A stretch of DNA of 64,000 nucleotides from Bradyrhizobium sp. (lineage in GTDB: Bacteria > Pseudomonadota > Alphaproteobacteria > Rhizobiales > Xanthobacteraceae). How positions within the stretch are numbered: position 1 is the stretch's first letter; every line of letters begins with the position of its first letter. The notes beneath the pieces are model-generated. The model saw nothing but the letters and a program-made list of their open reading frames with translations. It made no database searches and had not been told where the DNA came from. The position numbers were made by a program, and so were the translations under genes. This document shows, piece after piece, positions 1 through 8,009 of the stretch. The stretch lies in the NCBI GenBank assembly GCA_046349015.1, contig JAXMDE010000017.1, positions 9,363-73,362 of the forward strand, given 5' to 3'.

Positions 1-335
1 TCCGGCGGCGTCGGCACGATCAGCACCTTGATATGAGCCGGAACGCCGTCACGAATCTGCGGCCACAGATCGGCGTGGCAGATCAGCACGCCGGCGCCGC
101 AATCGCCGAGAATGTAGCCCACCTCATCGGCCTTGAGGTGCCAGTTGATCGGCACGACCGGGGATCCGAGGCTGGCGGCGGCGCTGGAAGCTTCGAAGAA
201 GGCAAAATCGTTGCGCAGCATCAGCGCGACCGGCGCGCCGCCCGATACCCCGAGCGCCTGCAGTCCGGTGGCCGCCCGCGCCGCCCGCGCCAGAATCTCC
301 GGATAGCCCATCCGGCGTTCGCCGCTGACAATCAT
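1..335 (-). CDS. acyl-CoA synthetase (AMP-binding), N-terminal part; runs off the window edge
   Basis: Manual translation from ATG 335: MIVSGERRMGYPEILARAARAATGLQALGV...VALMLRNDFAFFEAS...VVPINWHLKADEVGYILGDCGA, a typical ANL-ligase N-terminus. GGAG RBS upstream. Not in the ORF track because it is truncated. Confidence 0.85.
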   Translation of the reverse strand, partial: MIVSGERRMGYPEILARAARAATGLQALGVSGGAPVALMLRNDFAFFEASSAAASLGSPVVPINWHLKADEVGYILGDCGAGVLICHADLWPQIRDGVPAHIKVLIVPTPP

Positions 336-359
336 GACGTCTCTCCGGAACGGTTTTGC

Positions 360-1544
360 TCAATCCTGGCGATCGTCGATCAGATCGCCGAAGCCAACCC
401 AGCTTTTGCCGTTGAATCGGCGCAGCCGCAACTGCTGGAACGGCAGATAGTCGTCCGGGCCCGTCGTGACCGTGATGCCCGGCAAGAGCAACGGCGTTTC
501 GACGCCGCGCAGGGATGCGGCCTGCCGCATGATGTTCTCGCGGCTGAAATCGTCCTTGCAGGCGATCAGCACCTTCATCAGCAGGTGGGCGTAGCCGTAG
601 CCGGCGGCGTAATTGGAATTGTTGAGATCGGCACTCGGCATCCACTGCTTCATGAAGGCGAAGAACTCCTTCACGCCGGGATCGTCCGCCCATTGCGGAT
701 CGACGGTATCCTTGGCGTTGCTGGAGGAGATCAGGCCGACGGCATTCTCCAGGCCCGCCGGCTCCAGGAACGAGATCGACGAGGCCGAGGTCGGCACGAA
801 GAACAGATCGGGCTTCCAGTTCAGCTCGGCGACGCCCTTGATCATCTGCGAGGTGAATTTGCCGAGCACGACCCCGAAGACGACGTTGGCGCCCGACGCC
901 CTCAGTTGCGCAAGCTGTGACGATATGGTCGGCGCGCTCGATTCATAGGTCGTCTCGGCCACGATCATGGAGGCGGCCTTGGGCCCGAGCGTGCGCTTGA
1001 AGCCCGCGACATAGTCGCGGCCGAAATCGTCGTTCTGCGCCAGGATCGCGATCTTGGCGTCAGGCATGGTCCTGAGCACATGCTTGGCGTAGATCACGCC
1101 TTCGGAATCGTAGGTGGCCATCCCCGGCATGGTCCAGGGGTAGTTCTTCGGGTCGGCCCATTTGGTGGCGCCGCTCAGGACGAAGAGCTGCGGCACCTTC
1201 TTGGAATTGAGATAGCGGTGAACGGCGTTGTTGGTAGCGGTGCCGAGCGAGCCGAACATCAGCGCCACCTCGTCCTGCTCGACGAGCTTGCGCGTCTGCT
1301 CCACGGTCTTGGGCGGCGAATAGGCATCGTCCAGCGTGATGAACTTGACCTTGCGCCCGTTGATGCCGCCTTCGGCATTCACTTTCTCGAAGAACACCTC
1401 CTGCACCTTGCCGATCAGGCCGAAGCCGGACAGCGGGCCGCTATAGGGCAGGGTCTGCCCGATGCGGATTTCCTCCGCTGCACCCGCGGCGGCGATGCCG
1501 CCGAGCGTGAACGCGATCGTCAATGCTTGCCGCAGCTGTCGCAT
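360..1544 (-). CDS. ABC transporter substrate-binding protein, branched-chain amino acid (LivJ-like) family
   Basis: C-terminal 394 aa of ORF 360..2657. Signal peptide MRQLRQ...AAA, then IRIGQTLPYSGP, GGINGRK and DDAYSPPKT motifs. GGGAGGGAG RBS. Confidence 0.9.
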   Translation of the reverse strand: MRQLRQALTIAFTLGGIAAAGAAEEIRIGQTLPYSGPLSGFGLIGKVQEVFFEKVNAEGGINGRKVKFITLDDAYSPPKTVEQTRKLVEQDEVALMFGSLGTATNNAVHRYLNSKKVPQLFVLSGATKWADPKNYPWTMPGMATYDSEGVIYAKHVLRTMPDAKIAILAQNDDFGRDYVAGFKRTLGPKAASMIVAETTYESSAPTISSQLAQLRASGANVVFGVVLGKFTSQMIKGVAELNWKPDLFFVPTSASSISFLEPAGLENAVGLISSSNAKDTVDPQWADDPGVKEFFAFMKQWMPSADLNNSNYAAGYGYAHLLMKVLIACKDDFSRENIMRQAASLRGVETPLLLPGITVTTGPDDYLPFQQLRLRRFNGKSWVGFGDLIDDRQD

Positions 1545-1594
1545 CTTCTCCCTCCCGATAGCCTCTTGTCGTGAATTCAGGCGATGTCTTGAAT

Positions 1595-2569
1595 TCAGGC
1601 AATCGCCCGGCGATGGAAGTCCGCGCTGGCCTCGGCGAACTCCGCCTTCAGCCGCGCCACCAGCTCCGCCACCGGCGGCGCATCGGTGATCTGGCCGATG
1701 CCCTGGCCGCTTCCCCAGATGTCGCGCCACGCCTTGGATTTCATGTTGCCGCCGGAGCCGAAATTCATCTTCGACTTGTCGGCGACCGGCAGGTTGGCGG
1801 GATCGAGCCCCGCGGCCGCGATCGACGGTCCGAGATAATTGCCGTGCACGCCGGTGAACAAATTGGAATAGACGATGTCGTGCGCGGCATGTTCGATCAG
1901 CGCCGCCTTGTAGGCGGGATCGGCATTGGCTTCCTCGGTCGCGATGAAGCGCGTGCCCATATAGGCAAGGTCGGCGCCGAGCGCGAGCGCGGATGCGATG
2001 CTCCAGCCGTCGGAAATCGCGCCCGAGAGCAGGATCGTGCCCTTGAACCACTGCTTGACCTCGCGCACCAGCGCAAACGGCGACAGCGTGCCGGCATGCC
2101 CGCCGGCACCGGCGCACACCAGGATGAGCCCGTCGACGCCCTGTTCGGCGGCTTTCCGTGCATGCTTGACGTTGATCACGTCGTGGAACACCACGCCGCC
2201 GTAGGAGTGTGCGGCCTCGACGATTTCCGACGGCGGGCGCAGCGAGGTGATGATGATGGGCGCCTTGTGCTTGACGCAGGTTTCCATGTCCTTCATCAGC
2301 CGGTCGTTGGAGGCATGGCAGATCTGGTTGACCGCGTAGGGCGCAACCTTCCTGCCCGGGTTCTGCGCCTTGTATTCGCCGAGCTCGTTCTCGATCCGGG
2401 AGAGCCATTCGTCGAGCTTCTCGACCGGCCGCGCGTTGAGCGCCGGAAATGAGCCTACGACACCGGCCTTGCACTGGGCGATCACGAGTTCGGGGCCCGA
2501 GACGATGAACAGCGGCGAGCCGAGCACCGGCAGTTCGAGCTTGTCCTTGAGCGAAGCGGGCAGGGGCAT
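1595..2569 (-). CDS. nitronate monooxygenase / 2-nitropropane dioxygenase family flavoprotein
   Basis: LPVLGSPLF, GVVGSFPALNAR, GAGGHAG and YMGTRFIATEE motifs. Start moved to MPLPA. Confidence 0.9.
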   Translation of the reverse strand: MPLPASLKDKLELPVLGSPLFIVSGPELVIAQCKAGVVGSFPALNARPVEKLDEWLSRIENELGEYKAQNPGRKVAPYAVNQICHASNDRLMKDMETCVKHKAPIIITSLRPPSEIVEAAHSYGGVVFHDVINVKHARKAAEQGVDGLILVCAGAGGHAGTLSPFALVREVKQWFKGTILLSGAISDGWSIASALALGADLAYMGTRFIATEEANADPAYKAALIEHAAHDIVYSNLFTGVHGNYLGPSIAAAGLDPANLPVADKSKMNFGSGGNMKSKAWRDIWGSGQGIGQITDAPPVAELVARLKAEFAEASADFHRRAIA

Positions 2570-2708
2570 TGCGAATGTTCCCTCGAAGATGGGCCGGTGG
2601 CCGGCCGTGTTCCTTGATGCGCCCGGATTTCGCTTCGCCGTTCGGCGAGCGGCCCATCCGGAAGGGCGATTGACCGCCGGATTATAGGGCTGGACGCGCC
2701 GGCGGCGC

Positions 2709-2746
2709 TGTCCAATATTGAACAGGTCATTATCCACAAATGAACA
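2709..2746. promoter_or_regulatory. probable LysR binding region (T-N11-A-type boxes) in the divergent intergenic region
   Basis: TGTCCAATATTGAACA followed by the similar ATCCACAAATGAACA, just upstream of the LysR gene. Confidence 0.45.
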
Positions 2747-2757
2747 AGGGTGGTGCG

Positions 2758-3645
2758 ATGGATTGGGATCTCTGCAGGACCTTCGTCGCCGTGGCCGAGA
2801 AGGGCGGCTTTGCCGCTGCGGCGCGCCAGCTTCGCTCGAGCCATCCGACGGTCGGCCGCAAGGTCGCGGCGCTGGAGCGGCAACTCGGCACCAGGCTGTT
2901 CGCCCGTTCCGACCGGGGACTGTCGCTCACCGCGCAGGGCCGCAAGTTTCGCGAGCACGTCGATGCCATGGCGGCGGCCGCGCTGCGCGCCGAGGCGGCG
3001 GTGTCGGCGACCGGCCGACAGGCGCGCGGGGTGGTGAAGCTCTCGATCGGAGCGACCCTTGCCGCACACTGGCTGATGCCGCGCATGAAAAATTTCCTGC
3101 GCGAGCACGATCATCTCGAGATCGAGATCATCACCCACCCCTTTCCGGCGAGCGTGCGCCGCCGCGAGGCCGACGTGGTGCTGCGCCCGGTCGACGCCGG
3201 CGAGGAAAATCTGGTCGGCCGCCGTGTCGGCCGGCTCGGCACCGGCTTCTATTGTTCGCGCGACTACGCGGGCCGCCGCAAGCTCCCGGAGCGGCGTGAC
3301 GAATGGAAGGGTCACAGCATCATCGGTTTCGCCGACCGCGCCTCCAATGCCGATCTGGCGCGCTGGAGCGACGACATCACGCGCCAGGGTACCGTGGTGA
3401 TGCGCTGCTCGTCGCAGGGCGACATGCTCGCCGCCGTGCGCGCCGGGCTCGGCATTTCCGCGCTATCGTGCTTCGTCGCCGACGCCCATCCCGATCTCGT
3501 GCGCGTCGCTCCGCACAAGCTCGTCAGCGTCGCCGATCTCTGGCTGCTGGCGCATCCCGACCTTGTCGATCTGCCGGCCCTGCGCGCGGTCACCGGCTTC
3601 GTCACGGATTCTGCCCGGGCGGACCGCGCGCTGCTGCGCGGTTGA
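2758..3645 (+). CDS. LysR-family transcriptional regulator
   Basis: MDWDLCRTFVAVAEKGGFAAAARQL...HPTVGRKVAALERQLG HTH plus substrate-binding domain. Confidence 0.93.
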   Translation: MDWDLCRTFVAVAEKGGFAAAARQLRSSHPTVGRKVAALERQLGTRLFARSDRGLSLTAQGRKFREHVDAMAAAALRAEAAVSATGRQARGVVKLSIGATLAAHWLMPRMKNFLREHDHLEIEIITHPFPASVRRREADVVLRPVDAGEENLVGRRVGRLGTGFYCSRDYAGRRKLPERRDEWKGHSIIGFADRASNADLARWSDDITRQGTVVMRCSSQGDMLAAVRAGLGISALSCFVADAHPDLVRVAPHKLVSVADLWLLAHPDLVDLPALRAVTGFVTDSARADRALLRG

Positions 3646-3647
3646 CG

Positions 3648-3818
3648 CTATTCCTGCTTCACCTTTCCACTCGCGCGTTCCTCCCATTGCGGCGGCGCCG
3701 TGCTCCGGACGGGGCCCCAGCGCGCCGTCAGGCGCACCACGCGTTCCCGCAGCATGGCGATGGTGCGGAGCTTGGTCACGAAGCCGTAGAGATAGAGGCC
3801 TAGGATACAGGCGAACAT
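3648..3818 (-). CDS. small hypothetical protein (56 aa) with a hydrophobic N-terminus
   Basis: GAGGAG RBS 6 nt before ATG 3818. MFACILGLYLYGFVTKLRTIAMLRERVVRLTARWGPVRSTAPPQWEERASGKVKQE*. Below the ORF-track cutoff; lies directly downstream of the FAD oxidoreductase. Confidence 0.5.
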   Translation of the reverse strand: MFACILGLYLYGFVTKLRTIAMLRERVVRLTARWGPVRSTAPPQWEERASGKVKQE

Positions 3819-3854
3819 GGTGCTCTCCTCGATGTCAGGCCTCCTTGGGTCGTC

Positions 3855-5207
3855 TCACTCCGGAAGTGGAATCGCCGAACCGAATACATTGTCCGGATCG
3901 TAGCGACGTTTGGCGCGCATGAGGCGCGCCGCATTGGGACCAAAGCTCAGGGCGGCGCGTTCACGCTCGTCTCTGCCGAGCAGGTTCGGATAGCCGCCGG
4001 GGAAAGCCTGGCGAAACGCCTCGCGCGTGCTGCGGATCCATTGCCAGTGCCGCTGCTCGTCGCGCTGGCTAGCCCCTGCGGGAAGCATTGCCATCACCTC
4101 GACCAGGATGTGATCGCGCCGCAGGCCGAAAGCGGTGGCGCCTGCCGGTACGCGCGACGCGGCGCCCTTGAAATCATGGGTGAAGATTGCGCATCCCGGC
4201 GATGCGGCGTCCGCCATCGCCGAGATGAGTGTGTCGATGCTGTCGCTGTCCAACGCGGGCAGCCAGCAGCAATCGATCAGCACGCGCATTCCGGCGACGG
4301 CCAGCGCATCGAAGGTCGTGAGCAACGCGCCGTAGGATTTTGGCTCGATCGTGCCGGCGAGCAGGCTGCCGAGCCGCAGCAGCGGCGCCAGGCGCTGCTC
4401 GCCGTGCTCCGGCGCGCCGCACCAAGTCGGTGCGACCACGACCGAGAAGGAATTGCTGCGATCGCCGACGATGCCGACCTGCACCGAGAATTCGTCAGGC
4501 ATTGCGCCGGCGATGTGGGCGCAGCCTTCCAGCACGGTCTTTGCCTCGGCGAACGGATAGACCAGCATTCCGGAATGCACGCCCGCGAGTTCATGCAGGC
4601 GGAGCCGCATGGCCGTCACCACGCCGAAATTTCCGCCGCCGCCGCGCAACGCCCAGAACAGCTCCTCGTTGTGCTCGGCATTGGCAAGGACGGTACTGCC
4701 GTCGGCCAGCACGACCTGCGCGTCCAGCAGATTGTCGAGTGCCAGCCCGAAGCGGCCGATCAGGGGACCGTAGCCTCCGCCGAGCGTCAATCCGGTCACG
4801 CCGACCGAGCCGACCGAACCCGCCACGACGGCGAGGCCGCGGGAATCGGTCACAGCCGTGATATCGGACACACGCGCCCCGCCGCCGATCGTCACCGTTC
4901 GGCTGCCGGAATCGAGGATCACGTTGCGCATGCCGCTGATGTCGATCACGACGCCGTCGCAGAGCGCACGGCCCGCCCAGTCGTGGCCGCCGCCGCGCAC
5001 CGACAGCGGCAGGCCGCGGCCGCGCGCCGCGCGGATGGCGGCCTCGACGTCCCGCGCCGTCCGGCAATGCACGACAAAGCGCGGCGCGCCGCCGCGCTGC
5101 TTCGCCCAGATCAAAGTCGCGGCAGCATAGCCGTCGTCGCCCGGCACCGAGATCAGGCCGTTCAACTGCATGGCAATGTCGTCGTCCTCTGCGAGCACAT
5201 GCGTCAT
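3855..5207 (-). CDS. FAD-binding oxidoreductase (VAO/berberine-bridge type)
   Basis: SVRGGGHD (covalent-FAD His), GLTLGGGYG, LFWALRGGGGNFGVVT and C-terminal KRRYDPDNVF. Confidence 0.92.
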   Translation of the reverse strand: MTHVLAEDDDIAMQLNGLISVPGDDGYAAATLIWAKQRGGAPRFVVHCRTARDVEAAIRAARGRGLPLSVRGGGHDWAGRALCDGVVIDISGMRNVILDSGSRTVTIGGGARVSDITAVTDSRGLAVVAGSVGSVGVTGLTLGGGYGPLIGRFGLALDNLLDAQVVLADGSTVLANAEHNEELFWALRGGGGNFGVVTAMRLRLHELAGVHSGMLVYPFAEAKTVLEGCAHIAGAMPDEFSVQVGIVGDRSNSFSVVVAPTWCGAPEHGEQRLAPLLRLGSLLAGTIEPKSYGALLTTFDALAVAGMRVLIDCCWLPALDSDSIDTLISAMADAASPGCAIFTHDFKGAASRVPAGATAFGLRRDHILVEVMAMLPAGASQRDEQRHWQWIRSTREAFRQAFPGGYPNLLGRDERERAALSFGPNAARLMRAKRRYDPDNVFGSAIPLPE

Positions 5208-5309
5208 GGCGCTCTCCATCCTGTGAAGCGCAGCCACGGCGCCGCGCCTCCGGGAGGGTTAGCGAAACCAGTGGTTCGCGTTCTTGAACATTCCTGCGGT
5301 TTTGCCCGG

Positions 5310-6167
5310 TCACGCGAGTTCGGAGGGCGCGACGCCAAGCACACGGCGAATCCATCGCGACAAATGGCTCTGGTCGGAGAAACCGGTCTCGGCCGCGACT
5401 TCGACGAGGCTCATTCCGCGCTGGATGCGGTCGATGGCCGCCTGCAGGCGCAGGTGCACGACATAGCGATAGGGCGTCATGCCGATCGAGCGGGCGAAGA
5501 TGCGCGTGAAATGATAGGGGCTGCGGCCGGCCAGCGAGGCAAGGTCGCTGACCTCGATCGGCTCGGCCAGATGGGCATGGACGTAATCCCTGATCCTTTG
5601 CAGGACGTGCAGCCCCAGCGAGCCGCGCGTCGACTGTGGCGGAATCCATGTGTGCGCAAGGACAAGGCGGTTGATGAAGCCCGTTGCAGCCCGATTCCAC
5701 AGCAGCAGGCCGCTCTCGTATCGTGTCGCATCCTCGATTGCGAGCAGGTTCGCAATGTTCAAGAGGGCTTGATCATGTCCCGACAAGCGTTCGCGCAATT
5801 TCGCCTCGATGACGGAATCTTCCGCAGCGGCCAGGGTGAGCCGGTTCGGCTTGACCGCCACCACCAGCAGATCGGCGCGTGAACTGCTTTCGACCGAGCA
5901 GTCCACTCCGGCAGGACAGATCGCAAGCGTGCCGGTCATTCCCTCATGGCGCAGCCGGTTTCCCCCGACACGGCAATCGAGCCGCAGATGCGGCGACAAT
6001 TGCAGGAAGATCAGATGCTGCTGCGCCGACGCCCTGAAGCGCGCCACGCGCTGCAGGCTCATGGGCAGCACCGAGACCCCGCTTTCGCCGCGCGCGCAGC
6101 CCGCGTCGAGATAGACGGACGGTTCGTCGTCGCGTTGAGTCCAGATGGCTTTGCTTGATGTCGTCAT
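5310..6167 (-). CDS. AraC-family transcriptional regulator
   Basis: C-terminal double HTH: SPYHFTRIFARSIGMTPYRY...VAAETGFSDQSHLSRW. Confidence 0.9.
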   Translation of the reverse strand: MTTSSKAIWTQRDDEPSVYLDAGCARGESGVSVLPMSLQRVARFRASAQQHLIFLQLSPHLRLDCRVGGNRLRHEGMTGTLAICPAGVDCSVESSSRADLLVVAVKPNRLTLAAAEDSVIEAKLRERLSGHDQALLNIANLLAIEDATRYESGLLLWNRAATGFINRLVLAHTWIPPQSTRGSLGLHVLQRIRDYVHAHLAEPIEVSDLASLAGRSPYHFTRIFARSIGMTPYRYVVHLRLQAAIDRIQRGMSLVEVAAETGFSDQSHLSRWIRRVLGVAPSELA

Positions 6168-6303
6168 GCTCAAATGCTCCACAACAACAAACTCAAGAAC
6201 GCGGTTGTGAATCTGCTCTTGAAATACGACGTTGGAAGAGCAGCCGTTACGGCCTGACGCAGTCGTGAAAGTCGGTGAGTGAAAGGACAGCTGTCCGGAA
6301 TGC

Positions 6304-6951
6304 TCAATTTGCGAGCACACCCTCGCGTTTCTTCTGCACGCGGTAGTAGGCCCACCAAAGATGCGCCGCCGCGCCGCGGTATGGTCGCCAGGGCTCTGCC
6401 AGCGGCACCATCTGCTTTGGGTTCGGCCGCTGCTTCAGTCCCAGTCCAAGCTTCATCGCTTCCTGCACGGCGAGGTCGCCGGCCGGCCAGGCATCGCCAT
6501 GGCCGAGGCAGAAAAGGAGATATATGTCGGCGGTCCAGGGGCCGATGCCATGCAGCGCGGTCAGCGCGTGATGGGCGGCGTCGACGTCCTCGTTGGCGAG
6601 CACGTCGAGGTTCAGCCGGTCGGCGGCAAGTTCCTTCGCGACGAATTTCAGCGTCTTGATCTTCGCCGCCGACAGGCCGAGACGACCGAGCCTGTCGCTG
6701 CGCGCTTTGCGGATCGCCTCATGGTCGAACGGGTCGAACGCCGCCGACAGCCGCGCCCAGATCGCCGCGGCGCTGGCGGTGGAAAGCTGCTGGCCGCAGA
6801 CGATATGGGCCAGTCCCGTAAAGCCCGGTTCGCGCTGGCGCAGCGCCGGCATGCCGGTCTGCTCCAGGATCGACGCCAGCCGCGGATCCTGCTTCACCAG
6901 CGCGTGCGTGGCGTCTTCGAGATCGGACTGGCTTTCGAAGCGGACAAGCAT
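6304..6951 (-). CDS. DNA-3-methyladenine glycosylase II (AlkA/HhH-GPD family)
   Basis: IVCGQQLSTASA, LHGIGPWTA (HhH), WPAGDLAV and WRPYRG motifs. Confidence 0.9.
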   Translation of the reverse strand: MLVRFESQSDLEDATHALVKQDPRLASILEQTGMPALRQREPGFTGLAHIVCGQQLSTASAAAIWARLSAAFDPFDHEAIRKARSDRLGRLGLSAAKIKTLKFVAKELAADRLNLDVLANEDVDAAHHALTALHGIGPWTADIYLLFCLGHGDAWPAGDLAVQEAMKLGLGLKQRPNPKQMVPLAEPWRPYRGAAAHLWWAYYRVQKKREGVLAN

Positions 6952-6967
6952 GGCTTCAACTCTCTCA

Positions 6968-7039
6968 CCGTCATGGCCGGTCTTGCAAGACTAGCCCGCC
7001 GAGGCTTTGGCGAAGACGGGACAAGCCCGGCCATGACGG
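6968..7039. repeat. palindromic intergenic repeat (CCGTCATGGCCGG...CCGGCCATGACGG)
   Basis: Terminal arms ccgtcatggccggtcttg / caagcccggccatgacgg, with an inner hairpin cccgccgaggctttggcgaagacggg. Confidence 0.75.
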
Positions 7040-7052
7040 GTATTACTGACAC

Positions 7053-7925
7053 ATGCCGCCACCCGTTTTCCGATTTGCGCCGAGCCCGAACGGCTACCTT
7101 CATCTCGGCCACGCATTTTCCGCGCTGTTCAATTTCGACCTGGCGCGGCAAAGCGGTGGAAAATTCCTGCTGCGTATCGAAGACATCGACGCGACGCGCT
7201 GCCGGCCGGAGTATGAGGCTGCGATCTATGAGGACCTCGCCTGGCTTGGCGTTGCCTGGGAGACGCCGGTGCGGCGGCAGTCGGAACATTTTGCGGCCTA
7301 TCGCGAGGCCATCGAAAAACTGTCGGCGCAGGGCCTGATCTATCCGAGCTTTGAAAGTCGCGCCGAAATCGAGCGGCAGGTCGCAGCGCGCGAGCAGGAG
7401 GCGCCGTGGCCGCGCGACCCCGATGGCGCGCCGCTTTATCCGGGAACGGCGAAGTTGCTGTCGTCGGGCGAACGGCAGCAGCTGATGGTTTCGGGCGCGC
7501 CCTTTGCGCTCAGGCTCGACATGCAGGCGGCCATCGCGCGTGCCGGAGCCCTCACGTGGACCGAGCAGGGCGCCGGTCCCGCCCGCGAGACCGGCGAGGT
7601 GACGGCCCATCCCGAAGCCTGGGGCGACGTCATCCTGGCGCGCAAGGAGACGCCGACCAGCTATCACCTTGCGGTCGTGATCGACGACGCCCTGCAAGGC
7701 GTCACCGAGGTCGTGCGTGGAGAGGATTTGTTCTGGTCAACCAGCGTGCACCGGCTGCTGCAGCAACTTCTGGGTATGCCCCGGCCGGTCTATCGGCATC
7801 ATCGTCTGATCCGCGATGATGCGGGCCAGAAGCTTTCCAAATCGACGCAGGCGACCGGTTTGCGACAGTTGCGCGCGGCCGGCGCCACGCCGGCGAAAAT
7901 TCGCCAACTTGTCGGATTGCAGTAG
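7053..7925 (+). CDS. gluQ: tRNA glutamyl-Q(34) synthetase GluQRS
   Basis: RFAPSPNGYLHLGH (HIGH), LLRIEDID, VVRGEDL and KLSKS. No anticodon-binding domain (290 aa). Confidence 0.92.
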   Translation: MPPPVFRFAPSPNGYLHLGHAFSALFNFDLARQSGGKFLLRIEDIDATRCRPEYEAAIYEDLAWLGVAWETPVRRQSEHFAAYREAIEKLSAQGLIYPSFESRAEIERQVAAREQEAPWPRDPDGAPLYPGTAKLLSSGERQQLMVSGAPFALRLDMQAAIARAGALTWTEQGAGPARETGEVTAHPEAWGDVILARKETPTSYHLAVVIDDALQGVTEVVRGEDLFWSTSVHRLLQQLLGMPRPVYRHHRLIRDDAGQKLSKSTQATGLRQLRAAGATPAKIRQLVGLQ

Positions 7926-8009
7926 TTTTTCGGGGACAAGGGCGGCAAGCCTGCCGTGACTCCGGCGGTTCACCCTGCCATGCTGGTTTCATCCGGGGAC
8001 GTGGGAATC

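Noticed and set aside
1545-2657. 765-aa ORF suggesting a long N-terminal extension on the substrate-binding protein
   Set aside because: The extension overlaps the nitronate monooxygenase in another frame and is Arg-rich gibberish. A proper RBS and signal peptide start at 1544.
2730-2738. Perfect DnaA box TTATCCACA
   Set aside because: Single copy within a LysR operator region, with no origin context; probably chance.
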